Origin: Candidatus Nomurabacteria bacterium RIFCSPHIGHO2_01_FULL_37_25
GTDB taxonomy: Bacteria; Patescibacteriota; Minisyncoccia; Phycocordibacterales; UBA9973
Assembly: GCA_001786765.1 (NCBI GenBank)
Contig: MFTH01000008.1
Coordinates: 2,939-66,938, forward strand
Direction: 5' to 3'
DNA: 64,000 nucleotides
Below are positions 1-10,543 of this stretch, piece after piece. Position numbers and translations under genes: made by a program. How positions within the stretch are numbered: the stretch's first letter is position 1; every line of letters begins with the position of its first letter. Under the pieces are notes generated by a model. That model was not told where the DNA came from and did no database searches. It worked only from the letters and a program-made list of their open reading frames with translations.

Positions 1-10
1 TGTTGAAACC

Positions 11-544
11 GTGCACTATTTAAATATTTTCCTTGGGGCAGGGGCTATTATTCTGCAAGTTCTTTCAGTTGTTGCATTATTTCTTTTATTTTTTACTTCT
101 GGGGGAAATAGTAGAAATAAATTTCTAGATTATATTAATAAACATTTTTTGGTATTGAGTTTTTTAATTTCCGTATTTGCTTCAGTTTTTCCTTTAGTCT
201 ATTCTGAAATTGTTGGTTTTTTACCATGTTATTTGTGTTGGTGGCAGAGAGTTTTTATGTTTTCAACGTTCTTTCTTTTTGGTACGGCATTTTGGGATAA
301 AGATAGAAAAGTTGTGAGATATACCACACCTTTGCTTTCTGTCGGTTTTCTTATTTCCGTCTATCAAAATTTCTTCTATTATTTTGGAGAAAGTTCAAGT
401 TTGCCTTGCGACGCTTCGGGAGTTTCTTGTTATCAGCAGTTAGTATCTGAATTTGGCGGATATATATCAATCCCAATGTTGGCCCTCACTGCATTTTTTA
501 GCCTGCTGACTCTTTCAGCAGTAGTTCATTTTAATCCAAAGTGA
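11..544 (+). CDS. DsbB/BdbC-like disulfide bond formation membrane protein
   Basis: 177-aa polytopic membrane ORF with paired Cys motif (LPCYLCWWQR) typical of the DsbB family. Confidence 0.4.
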   Translation: MHYLNIFLGAGAIILQVLSVVALFLLFFTSGGNSRNKFLDYINKHFLVLSFLISVFASVFPLVYSEIVGFLPCYLCWWQRVFMFSTFFLFGTAFWDKDRKVVRYTTPLLSVGFLISVYQNFFYYFGESSSLPCDASGVSCYQQLVSEFGGYISIPMLALTAFFSLLTLSAVVHFNPK

Positions 545-556
545 TACAATATTTAT

Positions 557-1651
557 ATGTCTTTTGATTTGTTTAACAGATTTTTTAAGAGATTTTTTCC
601 GGTGCCTTATTTTCTTACAGTACCTTCTTTTGGTTTAGATATAGGAGACGAATCATTGAAATTTTTAGAACTTGTAAATACAAAGAACGGGTTACGAGTC
701 GGTCGGCACGGTGAATGCAATATTCCGCCGGGCGTTATTGAGTTGGGTGAGATTAAAAATCCAAAAAAGATAGAGGAAATTTTGATAAAGCTTCGGGAAG
801 AAGTCGGGTTGAAATCCGTGCGGGTCTCTTTATTAGAAGAGCAGGTGTATCTCTTTAAACTTAGATTAGAAAAAATAGGATTAGAAAGCATCAGAGAAAG
901 CATAGAGCTTTCTCTTGAAGAACATATACCACTCAAAGCTTCTGAGGCCATTTTTGATTATGAATTGCTTAGTCAGGATGAAAAGAGTCTGGAGCTTCAG
1001 GTTGCGGCTATTCCTAAAAATGTAATTGAAAGTTATCTCGCTGTGTTTAAGAACGCAAAAATTATAGTTAAGTCGTTTGAGCTTGAAGCGCAAGCTATTT
1101 CTAGGTCTACAGTTAAAAATGGAGATTTGGAAACTTATATGATTGTGGACTTTGGAGAAAAACGCACTGGGATTTTTATCGTATCTCGTGGCGCTGTAAT
1201 GTTTACTTCTACGCTAGATGTGGGTGGGACAATGCTTTCTAATATGATTGCCAAAAATTTCAAAGTAAGTTTTGAGGAAGCAGATAAAATGAAACGAAAA
1301 TATGGTCTTCAACGCAATACTGAAAATAAAGAAATATTTTCAGTAATTTTAAATAGCGTTTCTGTTTTGCGTGACGAAGTCGTAAAGCATTTTTTATACT
1401 GGCACACCCACAAAGACGAAGAGGATAGAGATAATCCACCGATTAAGAAAATAATTCTCTGTGGCGGGGATTCTAATTTAATAGGGCTTTCTGAATATTT
1501 TTCTGTTAGCATGAAAAACACAGTAGAGATGGCTAACGTTTGGGTTAATATATTAGATACGGAAAAACATGTTCCAGATATTAATTTTAAGCGAGCGCTC
1601 TCATTTGCCGCATCTTTAGGACTTGCCTTAAGAGATTATAAACATAATTGA
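557..1651 (+). CDS. pilM: type IV pilus assembly protein PilM (actin-like ATPase fold)
   Basis: 364 aa; N-terminal GLDIGDESLKF motif; followed by PilN/PilO-like single-TM genes. Confidence 0.7.
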   Translation: MSFDLFNRFFKRFFPVPYFLTVPSFGLDIGDESLKFLELVNTKNGLRVGRHGECNIPPGVIELGEIKNPKKIEEILIKLREEVGLKSVRVSLLEEQVYLFKLRLEKIGLESIRESIELSLEEHIPLKASEAIFDYELLSQDEKSLELQVAAIPKNVIESYLAVFKNAKIIVKSFELEAQAISRSTVKNGDLETYMIVDFGEKRTGIFIVSRGAVMFTSTLDVGGTMLSNMIAKNFKVSFEEADKMKRKYGLQRNTENKEIFSVILNSVSVLRDEVVKHFLYWHTHKDEEDRDNPPIKKIILCGGDSNLIGLSEYFSVSMKNTVEMANVWVNILDTEKHVPDINFKRALSFAASLGLALRDYKHN

Positions 1652-1654
1652 TTT

Positions 1655-2194
1655 ATGATTAATTTAATTCCAAACGCAGAGAAAAAAGAAATAATTAAGG
1701 GTTTTTACTGGCGACTCGTGGTTTTGTTTTTTGTAATGATGGGTGTTTCTTTTATTATTGCTTTTGTCGCGATCTTGCCACCTTATTTCCTTTCTTCTGT
1801 AAAAAATAGAATTGCAGACACAAATCTGGAAGCGCTAAAAAATGAACCAGCGCTTGAACCTAATTCTAAAACCCTTAAAACAGTTGAAGACCTAAAAACC
1901 AAACTAACGCTGATTGAAAAAACTCAAAATAATAAATTTAGTGTTTTAGAAAAAGTAATAAATATTGTTCTTCTAAAAAAAATGGATAATATTAAAATTA
2001 ATAGTATTTCCTACTATGATGACTCTTTGAAAGGTAAAAAAATAAAAATACAGGGGAGCGCTTCTTCTCGTGAAGTTTTGCTTTCATTTAGACAAAAACT
2101 TGAAGATGACATAACTTTTAAAAATGTTGACTTACCAATCTCTAATTTTATAAAGGGGTCTAATATACAATTTAATTTAAATTTAACTCTGTAA
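1655..2194 (+). CDS. pilN: PilN-like fimbrial assembly protein
   Basis: 179 aa, N-terminal TM helix then coiled coil; 4 nt after pilM. Confidence 0.5.
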   Translation: MINLIPNAEKKEIIKGFYWRLVVLFFVMMGVSFIIAFVAILPPYFLSSVKNRIADTNLEALKNEPALEPNSKTLKTVEDLKTKLTLIEKTQNNKFSVLEKVINIVLLKKMDNIKINSISYYDDSLKGKKIKIQGSASSREVLLSFRQKLEDDITFKNVDLPISNFIKGSNIQFNLNLTL

Positions 2195-2204
2195 CAATAA
2201 ATAT

Positions 2205-2747
2205 ATGCAAAGCAATTTTCCAAAAATACCCTTATTCTTTTCCATGATATTCTTTGCTTTTTCTTTGTTTGTTTTTTTGTTTTTCTTTGGAGAGATAAAT
2301 AACAATAATCGCAAAGCGGAGATAAAAGAAGGAGAGTGGTTGAATGAAAAAATTAAACGTAATGAAATGGAAACTCTTGATAATTCAATCAAAATTATAG
2401 ATAAAGAAATGATAGAGTTAGAAACTCATTTCGCAAAAAGTTCGGATATTGTGCCATTTTTAGACACAATTGAAGGATTGGCATCTAAGGTAAATATTAG
2501 CGCAGAGGTTGTATCTGTTAACATTTTAACAAACCATACTGGACTCACGGTCGGAGCGAAAACATCAGGAACTTTTAGCGAGATTTATAAATTCTTAGCG
2601 CTTTTAGAAAATTCTCCTTATGAAATCGAAGTTACCTCAATTGACATGCGTAGAGAGACAGAGTTAAATAGTGAAGAGAATAAAAATACCACAGTCCCAA
2701 AATGGAATATAACTTTTGAGATAAAACTTTTAAGTTTTATAGAGTAA
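2205..2747 (+). CDS. pilO: PilO-like pilus assembly protein
   Basis: 180 aa, single N-terminal TM, position in pilMNO cluster. Confidence 0.4.
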   Translation: MQSNFPKIPLFFSMIFFAFSLFVFLFFFGEINNNNRKAEIKEGEWLNEKIKRNEMETLDNSIKIIDKEMIELETHFAKSSDIVPFLDTIEGLASKVNISAEVVSVNILTNHTGLTVGAKTSGTFSEIYKFLALLENSPYEIEVTSIDMRRETELNSEENKNTTVPKWNITFEIKLLSFIE

Positions 2748-2757
2748 ATAAAAAAAT

Positions 2758-3081
2758 ATGTTTAAATTTTCCTTAAAAAAATTAAAAAAACAAAAGAATT
2801 TTACAAAAGACCAGGAAAGTTTCTGGCTGAATATAAATTTTTATTGGGAGGTGGCTGTTTTTGTTATGTTTGTAATAATTACGCTATCTTCTTTTTTTGG
2901 TTATTATCTTTTTGTAAAAACAAATCAAAAACTTGTTTTGGAAACAAATGATACTAATGCGCAGTTAAACACAATAAAAAAAGAAAGAATTGATAAGGTG
3001 TTAGAATATTTTTCTATAAAAAATAAAAAATCAGATCAAATATTAAATTCTCCTGCGCCCATAGTTGACCCCTCGCTCTAG
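2758..3081 (+). CDS. small single-TM protein (PilP-like or hypothetical)
   Basis: 107-aa ORF directly after pilO; no recognisable motif. Confidence 0.25.
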   Translation: MFKFSLKKLKKQKNFTKDQESFWLNINFYWEVAVFVMFVIITLSSFFGYYLFVKTNQKLVLETNDTNAQLNTIKKERIDKVLEYFSIKNKKSDQILNSPAPIVDPSL

Positions 3082-3085
3082 AAAG

Positions 3086-3114
3086 TTGAAAAGGTGTGAT
3101 TATATTGCTAGTAT
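3086..3114 (+). promoter_or_regulatory. sigma70-like promoter TTGAAA-N17-TAGTAT for tRNA-Val
   Basis: canonical -35/-10 spacing, ~30 nt upstream of tRNA 5' end. Confidence 0.4.
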
Positions 3115-3145
3115 ACTTAAGAGTGGTTTTAATAATATAAATTAT

Positions 3146-3221
3146 GCGCGGTTAGCTCAGTTGGTAGAGCGACTCATTTACACTGAGAAGGTCGGGGGTT
3201 CAAGTCCCTCACCGCGCACCA
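3146..3221 (+). tRNA. tRNA-Val(TAC)
   Basis: hand-folded cloverleaf: acceptor GCGCGGT/ACCGCGC, D-arm GCTC...GAGC, anticodon loop TTTACAC, T-arm GGGGG-TTCAAGT-CCCTC, encoded CCA. Confidence 0.85.
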
Positions 3222-3356
3222 ATATCAAACCTTCCGATTTTTGAAGCCAAAATGCGGGACGCGCGGAGCGCGTGGTGGAATAAAACTAATTTATACGCTT
3301 CTAAAACAATAAACAATAAATTAATATGGAGATATAGAAATTTATAAGCATTACCC

Positions 3357-3836
3357 ATGAAAAAAAATGCAACAATATTTCTTCAGGTAGTTATTATAAT
3401 CATCGGCATCACGGCGCTGGGTATCATGATTTGGTTTCCTTTGACCGAGGGTAGGGCCGTAAATCTAGACCTGTTTAGTATTTATGCTGACCCATTCATC
3501 ATATATGGATATGTGGTGTCTATTGCATTTTTTGTTGCTTTGCACCAGGCGTTTAAATTATTCGGATATATAAGGCAAAATAAATTATCCTCACCAAGCT
3601 CCGTGAAAGCTTTAAGGATTATAAAATATTGCGCGATTATATTAAGCGTTTCAATTGTAATGGCGGTGCTGTATATAACGATATTTCATAATAAAGATGA
3701 TGATCCAGCGGGTTTTGTTGCTATTGGTATTTTAGCTACTTTTATTTCTATCATAATCGTCACTATGGCTACGGTGTTTGAAAGAACTTTACAAAATCCC
3801 GTAGATATAAAGCCCGATAACGACTTAACCGTTTAG
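3357..3836 (+). CDS. hypothetical polytopic membrane protein
   Basis: 159 aa, 4 predicted TM helices, no motif. Confidence 0.3.
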   Translation: MKKNATIFLQVVIIIIGITALGIMIWFPLTEGRAVNLDLFSIYADPFIIYGYVVSIAFFVALHQAFKLFGYIRQNKLSSPSSVKALRIIKYCAIILSVSIVMAVLYITIFHNKDDDPAGFVAIGILATFISIIIVTMATVFERTLQNPVDIKPDNDLTV

Positions 3837-3928
3837 TACCATGGTAATTATTATAAACAAAGAAATAGACTTGAATAAATTGTTTCTGTAATGGGTGTTT
3901 CAAAAGAAGATTTGGTAAAATATAAGGT

Positions 3929-4291
3929 ATGAACACTTCCAACACACACAATCAGCGTATCGCAAAAATGATTTTCGCCTCGGTCTATCCGATGTACATA
4001 GAAAAGGTAGAGAAGAAAGGCAGAACGAAAAAAGAATTGCATCAGGTCATAGAGTGGTTAACAGGATTCGATACTAAAAAGCTACAGGAACTGATAAAAG
4101 AGAAAGTGACTTTTGAAACATTTTTTGAGCGAGCAAAACTCAACCCCAACGCACGTTTCATCACTGGAGTAATCTGCGGATATCGTATAGAGAAAATTGA
4201 GAATCCTTTGACGCAGAAGGCCAGGTATTTAGACAAGTTAGTGGATGAGTTGGCGAAAGGCCGGAAAATAGAGAAGATTTTAAGAAAATAA
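3929..4291 (+). CDS. hypothetical cytoplasmic protein (DUF-type)
   Basis: 120-aa ORF, good coding character, no motif recognised. Confidence 0.35.
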   Translation: MNTSNTHNQRIAKMIFASVYPMYIEKVEKKGRTKKELHQVIEWLTGFDTKKLQELIKEKVTFETFFERAKLNPNARFITGVICGYRIEKIENPLTQKARYLDKLVDELAKGRKIEKILRK

Positions 4292-4458
4292 TATTCATTA
4301 TCAAAATATAAACATGTTCAAACCAGTCAAAGCCCATCTAATTACCCTCGTTTTATTTATGGTATAGTATTTCTATATTAGATAAACAAATTTTTACTAT
4401 GAAATGCAAAAATATACATGGATGTTGTAGTGGAGCTTGTGATGTTGAGTCAACAGCA

Positions 4459-5028
4459 ATGTCATTTGCTAAGATTGGACACATGATTCCCGATGTGGAG
4501 GTGGAAGCATTTCACAACGAGGAAATAAAAAAGATTAAACTCTCTGATTATCGTGGCAAATGGCTCATACTTTTTTTCTATCCCGCAGATTTTACATTTG
4601 TTTGTCCAACAGAGCTCGAAGAAATGGCAGACAATTACGAAGTTATTCAAAAGCTCGGCGCGGAGGTCCTCTCTATTTCTACGGATACTGTATTCGTTCA
4701 CAAAGCGTGGCACGATACTTCGGAGGCTATCAAGAAGATTAAGTTTCCAATGCTCTCCGATTCGCGTCGAGAACTGTGTTCAATTTTTGGTACCCTTATT
4801 CAAGAAGAAGGGCTTTCTCTTCGCGGGACATTTGTAGTTGACCCAGATGGCGTCCTCCGTATCGTTGAAATAAATGATAACAGTGTGGGAAGAAACGCAA
4901 AAGAACTCATTCGCAAACTTCAAGCCGCTAAATTTGTTCGTGAACATGGTGATAAGGTTTGTCCCGCAGGCTGGGAGCCAGGCGATGATACGTTAACTCC
5001 CGGGCTAGACTTGGTGGGGAAGATATAG
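4459..5028 (+). CDS. 2-Cys peroxiredoxin (AhpC/TSA family)
   Basis: FYPADFTFVCPTE peroxidatic Cys motif; start taken at internal MSFAKIG (ORF opens at 4399). Confidence 0.8.
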   Translation: MSFAKIGHMIPDVEVEAFHNEEIKKIKLSDYRGKWLILFFYPADFTFVCPTELEEMADNYEVIQKLGAEVLSISTDTVFVHKAWHDTSEAIKKIKFPMLSDSRRELCSIFGTLIQEEGLSLRGTFVVDPDGVLRIVEINDNSVGRNAKELIRKLQAAKFVREHGDKVCPAGWEPGDDTLTPGLDLVGKI

Positions 5029-5156
5029 TTATTTTTTCTTAGTCTCGATTAATTGGTGTAAAAAAATTCTGTCGTTTTGTTAGAAAAATTCCTCCACATC
5101 AATAGAGAATTTGATAAAATTAAAAAACAAAAAATTTTGAAGACTATTCTCAAATT

Positions 5157-6323
5157 ATGAATGAAATAAAAAAATTAGATGAAAAATTACAACCTAAAAT
5201 TGACGCTGGTGAAGCTAGTAATTTTATCAAAGCTCAAGAACTAACTAAAGATGATTACTTCAGGGGTGTCGCAAGAAAATACGAGCAGACTAGACCTATA
5301 AAAGATAGTATCGTTCGTCTTGACCAAGAAGCTAAAATTGTAGAGACACTTCGCGCAGATAAACCTGTACTAATTCGAGGAAATTGGCGTATGGGAAAAA
5401 CTAGCATGATGGAATCTTTACAAACACATCAATTTGGTTTGAAAAATTCTATTGTTGCTGATGTAATGATGGAAAATCCATACAGCGCTAAATCTCTTAA
5501 AAATTTTCAAAAACAATTTGGATTGAATGCCGTTGTTGAATTTATAGCAAAAAGAGAATTTAAGAAAAAGGATGAACTTAGAAAGCAAATAACAAAAAGT
5601 CGAAAATTTCCCTTCGAATTTCTTAATGACTATCTTATTGAGCATGGAGAAAAAGTATTTTTGTCTCTAGATGAGGTTATATTTTTTGCGGAGGAACTGG
5701 AAAAACTGAAATACCTCGCTAATCTAAAAAGTTTAAGTAATATACAGATTACCCTTGTGTTGCATAGAGTTGCTTATTATGAAAGTTCATTTAAGGAGAT
5801 TTTTGAAGAATATGAGACACATTTTGTGCGGGCACTAACTTTAGAAGAAGTCGAAACATTAGTACGAAAACCTCTTGAGGGAACACGGATAACTTTTACC
5901 GATGACGCTATTCAGAGAATTTTTGAATTTACAGGTGGTAGACCAATGGAAATTAACAATGTCTGTTGGGCTTTAATGGGCTCATCTGAACATAAAAATT
6001 ATAAATTTACTTATTCCGCGGAAGATATAGACGCATTAACTAGAAAAGAAACTTGGGAACTAGGAGAACCATTTAGGATAGCTATTGTTAATTATAAAAA
6101 CATTTATACTTCCTCTATGAACAACGAGGAACAAGCGATAATTGATAAATTGATTGAAAAAGGTGAAGTTCCTGTTTCAGAAATTGAAGCGGTAAAAGTA
6201 CAACCATTGATTGATACGACTTTCGTTACTAGAGATTTCGCTAAGGGAGCTTATCGTATAAATGGCGAACTATTTAAGCGGGTGGTTTTGGATAAAAATC
6301 TTTGGCCGCGAATTACTTATTAG
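5157..6323 (+). CDS. stand-alone P-loop ATPase (archaeal-ATPase/AAA-like, GNWRMGKTS Walker A)
   Basis: 388 aa; Walker A GxxxxGKT/S; size and architecture like Arch_ATPase/DUF234 proteins. Confidence 0.45.
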   Translation: MNEIKKLDEKLQPKIDAGEASNFIKAQELTKDDYFRGVARKYEQTRPIKDSIVRLDQEAKIVETLRADKPVLIRGNWRMGKTSMMESLQTHQFGLKNSIVADVMMENPYSAKSLKNFQKQFGLNAVVEFIAKREFKKKDELRKQITKSRKFPFEFLNDYLIEHGEKVFLSLDEVIFFAEELEKLKYLANLKSLSNIQITLVLHRVAYYESSFKEIFEEYETHFVRALTLEEVETLVRKPLEGTRITFTDDAIQRIFEFTGGRPMEINNVCWALMGSSEHKNYKFTYSAEDIDALTRKETWELGEPFRIAIVNYKNIYTSSMNNEEQAIIDKLIEKGEVPVSEIEAVKVQPLIDTTFVTRDFAKGAYRINGELFKRVVLDKNLWPRITY

Positions 6324-6403
6324 TTAATAAATATATAGAACTATAATTAAATTTAGATACCAACTTGCCGGTTCGCATGGTGTTTGTTTTTTATAAATTT
6401 AGT

Positions 6404-9148
6404 TTATAACCATGTTTGAAATCTTCTTATATAGAAAACTTTAACGACTTGTGTTAAGACACAGTAAGAAAGTAGAATTCCAAAGAGCCACAAGAAATAT
6501 GTGAAAGGGAGGGAAACCATACCCACAGCATGTCCGAAGGAAGAAAATGGAATATATACTCCTATGATCATAACGAGGCCTGTTATCATAAGCACAGGAG
6601 TCGTTGCTATGCTTTGTATGAAAGGAATTTTTGGAGTTCGTATCATATGAACGATAAGTATTTGAGAAAGTAATCCCTCAATAAACCAACCAGATTGGAA
6701 GAACGCTTGACCTGCAAGTGTATTTGCCGCAAATATATACCACAATACAAAGAAGGTAATGATATCAAAAACAGAACTGATAGGACCAATAAAAAACATA
6801 AAGCGCGCGATACCACTCGGGTCCCATTTGCGTGGTTTTAACAAAAATTCTTTATTCATCTTGTCCCAAGGCATTGATAGCTGAGAGAAATCATAAAGAA
6901 GATTTTGTATGAGCAGGTGAATAGGCAACATCGGAAGAAAGGGCAGAAAAATACTAGCCGCTATTATACTAAAAACATTGCCGAAATTTGAACTAGCTGT
7001 CATCTTGATATACTTGATAATGTTTCCGTACACGGTGCGTCCATGAATAACACCTGTTTTAAGCACCAATAAACTTTTCTCAAGCAGAATAATGTCAGAA
7101 GATTCTTTGGCAATATCAGCCGCGGTGTCCACAGAAATACCTACGTCTGCTTGACGAAGAGCAGGGGCGTCATTTATTCCATCTCCCATAAATCCAACGA
7201 CGTGGCCTCTTTTTTGCAAGGCTTTTATAATGCGAGCTTTTTGGTCCGGAGAAACTTTTGCGAAAACTGTGGTTTTGTTTGCAAGCTCGGCGAGTTCTTC
7301 TTCAGACAATTTTTCCATTTCGCTTCCTAGAACAAGATGGTCAATATTCATGTTCACAGCTTTACATATGTGTCTTGCCACTAGATCGTTATCGCCGGTA
7401 AGGATTTTTACTCGGACGCCATCTTCTTTTAGTTCAGCAATTGCCGCCGCCGCCGTTTCTTTTGGCGGATCAAGAAAATCAATAAATCCAGCCAAGATTA
7501 GGTCTGTCTCATTGCTTATGTTATAAGGAGCATCTTCTGGCGATGTTTTTTTATAGGCTACCGCTATAATACGCAAACCACTTTCATTTAGATTTCTAGT
7601 AAGATTGATAACATTATTTCTGATTTCATCTGTGAGAGGAATAATTTTCCCTTTGTCTTCAACTTGTGTGCAGACTTTTAGAATTTCTTCAATTGCTCCT
7701 TTACATATTAAGAGCTGTTGACTGTCTTGGTCAATTACCACGGACATTCTGCGACGAATAAAATCAAAAGGAATTTCGTCAATCTTTTTTGTATTAGGGA
7801 GTTTTAGTTTTACTTCAAGTTCAGCGAATTCAAGAACAGCGCGATCTAAAAGATTTTTTAGTCCAGTTTGGTAATAACTATTCATATAGGCGTATTCAAG
7901 CACTGGTGTGTATTTTTCTCCATGAATGTCTAAATACTCAATCAGAACAATTTTGTCTTGGGTAATTGTTCCTGTTTTGTCAGTACACAATATATCCATA
8001 GCGCCCAAATTTTGAATTGAATTAATTTTTTTTACAACAACCTTCTCTTTCGCCATAGACACAGCGCCTTTTGCTAGATTAGCAGTGACAATGACCGGAA
8101 GCATTTCAGGAGTAAGTCCGACCGCTACAGCAATAGCAAAAATAAAAGATTCTTGCCAATCACCTTTACTAAATCCATTAATCACAAAAACAGCCGGAAC
8201 CATAACACTCATAAAACGAATAAGAAGCAGAGACACTTTTTTAATGCCTTTATCAAAACTTGTCTCGCTTCTATGTCCTAGAACGTTTTTTGCCAGCGAG
8301 CCAAAAAATGTTGCGTCGCCAGTAGTTACTACGACTGCTATTCCTGCGCCACTTATTACATCCGAACCAAGAAAGCAAATATTCTTGCGTTCTAAGGCGG
8401 AAGTTTTATTTTTTTCTTCATCTGTTGAATTAGGCAGAAATTTGCTTTCTTTTTCAACAGGGAGAGCTTCACCTGTCAGAGCTGATTGGCTAACGAAAAG
8501 GTCTTTTGATGAAATTAAACGAATATCTGCCGGTATCATATCACCAGCCGAAAGTTTGATAATATCTCCGGGGACTATTTCTTCAAGCGGTATTTCCACC
8601 CAGCGACTTACTAGGTTGATGGTTCCGTCAGGTTTTTCATCTTCAAACTGACGTTGCGCTGTAGCTGTTGTTTTCACCATAGCTTGCAGTTTTTCTGCGG
8701 CTTTTGAAGATCGAAATTCTTGAATGAAGCGTAGAACAATACTGATTGCGACCATTGTGCTCACTATTACAACAGCTCGAATATCTTCTGTAAGATATGA
8801 AATAATTCCAAGAAAAATGAGAACAAGAATAAATGGATCTTTGAAATTATGAAGTAACATGATATACCAAGGGTTTGGCTTTTCATGAACAATTTTATTT
8901 TTTCCATATTGCGAGAGTCTTCGCTTTGCTTCGTCTTCAGTAAGTCCACCGGTGATAGCAACTAGCCACGATAAAACATCTGCTTCCTCCATACTCGAAG
9001 CGGTGAAAATTTTATCAAATAGCGTTGTTTGTTTGACGCGGGCTGGCGTTGATGTGGTTTGTTGTGGCATAATTGGGATAGATAAATCAAGAAAAATTCT
9101 TTTGTATTTTATACATGCTAGTATAATATTGTATTTGAAATTATGCAA
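6404..9148 (-). CDS. mgtA: Mg2+-importing P-type ATPase (MgtA-like)
   Basis: 914 aa; DKTGTIT phosphorylation motif, GDGINDAPAL hinge, 10 TM pattern; true start may be the internal MPQQ (about 9070). Confidence 0.75.
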   Translation of the reverse strand: MHNFKYNIILACIKYKRIFLDLSIPIMPQQTTSTPARVKQTTLFDKIFTASSMEEADVLSWLVAITGGLTEDEAKRRLSQYGKNKIVHEKPNPWYIMLLHNFKDPFILVLIFLGIISYLTEDIRAVVIVSTMVAISIVLRFIQEFRSSKAAEKLQAMVKTTATAQRQFEDEKPDGTINLVSRWVEIPLEEIVPGDIIKLSAGDMIPADIRLISSKDLFVSQSALTGEALPVEKESKFLPNSTDEEKNKTSALERKNICFLGSDVISGAGIAVVVTTGDATFFGSLAKNVLGHRSETSFDKGIKKVSLLLIRFMSVMVPAVFVINGFSKGDWQESFIFAIAVAVGLTPEMLPVIVTANLAKGAVSMAKEKVVVKKINSIQNLGAMDILCTDKTGTITQDKIVLIEYLDIHGEKYTPVLEYAYMNSYYQTGLKNLLDRAVLEFAELEVKLKLPNTKKIDEIPFDFIRRRMSVVIDQDSQQLLICKGAIEEILKVCTQVEDKGKIIPLTDEIRNNVINLTRNLNESGLRIIAVAYKKTSPEDAPYNISNETDLILAGFIDFLDPPKETAAAAIAELKEDGVRVKILTGDNDLVARHICKAVNMNIDHLVLGSEMEKLSEEELAELANKTTVFAKVSPDQKARIIKALQKRGHVVGFMGDGINDAPALRQADVGISVDTAADIAKESSDIILLEKSLLVLKTGVIHGRTVYGNIIKYIKMTASSNFGNVFSIIAASIFLPFLPMLPIHLLIQNLLYDFSQLSMPWDKMNKEFLLKPRKWDPSGIARFMFFIGPISSVFDIITFFVLWYIFAANTLAGQAFFQSGWFIEGLLSQILIVHMIRTPKIPFIQSIATTPVLMITGLVMIIGVYIPFSSFGHAVGMVSLPFTYFLWLFGILLSYCVLTQVVKVFYIRRFQTWL

Positions 9149-9234
9149 AATTTTTCTGCCTGCTAAGTCGTGAGAAAATGATATAATGGCAATGATTGCA
9201 GGGATAGAGATATTTACAATAATTCAAAAGAATA

Positions 9235-9483
9235 ATGTTTGCAAAATTGCTTAAAACCATTAAAGAGCATATCCACGACAAACCGAAAGTTAAAAAAATA
9301 GTTGGTGTTGTTTTGGTTTTTATTGGTTTTATTGCTTTTATCACCCCTCTTACACCTGGCTCTTGGCTTGCAATTGTCGGTCTTGAATTATTAGGATTAA
9401 GGATTTTGTTTTTAGATAAATTCAACTTTTTTTTACTCTGGATAAAAAAAATATTGGATAAATTGAAATTTTGGGAAAAATAA
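9235..9483 (+). CDS. small PGPGW-like transmembrane protein
   Basis: 82 aa, TPLTPGSWL motif inside TM hairpin. Confidence 0.3.
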   Translation: MFAKLLKTIKEHIHDKPKVKKIVGVVLVFIGFIAFITPLTPGSWLAIVGLELLGLRILFLDKFNFFLLWIKKILDKLKFWEK

Positions 9484-9484
9484 C

Positions 9485-10543
9485 ATGAATCATAAAAAAT
9501 CAGAACTTTATTTTTTATTAGCTTTTCTCGCAGGAATTTCTGTCCTTATCTTTTTTATTTTTAAACCTTTTTTATATGCTCTTATTATGGCGATAATTTT
9601 TGCAACTGTTTTCGAACCGCTACATAAAAAAATCCTTACTATGACACAAGGAAGGAGTGTTCTGTCAGCGTTCCTCGCTACTATTTCTGTTCTTGCCATT
9701 GTTGTAGCGCCTCTTCTATTTTTAAGTGTGCAAATTTTTCAGGAAACAAAAGGGTTGTATTTTTATCTTACTCTCTATGATGGCGAAAATAATATATTTA
9801 GCCAAGTTTTCAACGGCGCAAGTTTTTTCCACAGTGTAGAAAATGCATTACAAAGCCTCGCAAGATTTTCTCCTGCGCCCATAGATTCCCCAGATATTAG
9901 TCAGTATCTAAAAGAAGGATTAAACTGGCTACTTCAACATTTTGGTTTATTTTTTACAAATGTTGCAAAAATAATGATGGGTATTTTTATATTTCTTGTC
10001 GCGTTGTTTTATTTATTCAAAGATGGATATAAGTTGAAAAAAGCTGTTGTCGCCCTAAGTCCTTTGCAAGAGATATATATTGAAGCAATTTTTAGCAAAC
10101 TTGCTTTATCAATTAATTCTATTATAAAAGGTAGTCTCGCGGTGGCGTTCATTCAGGGCGTATTAACTGCTGTGGGGTTCACTATTTTTGGAATTCAAAA
10201 TGCGACTCTCTGGGGGAGTGTCGCGGCAATCACTGCTTTAATTCCCGGTATCGGGACAGCTTTGGTGATTATTCCCGGGGTTCTTTTTCTTTTCTTTAGT
10301 GGAGAAACTTTTTTGGCGATCGGTCTTTTACTTTGGGGAATAGTGGCAGTGGGACTTGTCGATAATTTTCTAGGACCAAAATTTGTTGAAAGGGGGACGA
10401 ATCTTCATCCATTTTTAATTCTTCTTTCTATTTTAGGAGGTATTAGTTTTTTTGGCCCCCTTGGGTTTTTATTCGGGCCACTTGTTTTGAGCTTGCTTTT
10501 TATTTTTATTGAAATATATTATATAATCTCAAAAGAACAATGA
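9485..10543 (+). CDS. AI-2E family transporter (PerM/UPF0118)
   Basis: 352 aa, 8 TM, characteristic FYLLKDG region. Confidence 0.65.
   Translation: MNHKKSELYFLLAFLAGISVLIFFIFKPFLYALIMAIIFATVFEPLHKKILTMTQGRSVLSAFLATISVLAIVVAPLLFLSVQIFQETKGLYFYLTLYDGENNIFSQVFNGASFFHSVENALQSLARFSPAPIDSPDISQYLKEGLNWLLQHFGLFFTNVAKIMMGIFIFLVALFYLFKDGYKLKKAVVALSPLQEIYIEAIFSKLALSINSIIKGSLAVAFIQGVLTAVGFTIFGIQNATLWGSVAAITALIPGIGTALVIIPGVLFLFFSGETFLAIGLLLWGIVAVGLVDNFLGPKFVERGTNLHPFLILLSILGGISFFGPLGFLFGPLVLSLLFIFIEIYYIISKEQ

Noticed and set aside
7230-8651. ORFs of 98 and 188 aa on the + strand inside mgtA
   Set aside because: They are antisense to a strongly supported 914-aa P-type ATPase gene, have Ser/Ala/Arg-rich low-complexity translations and no motifs. 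Antisense-frame artefacts.
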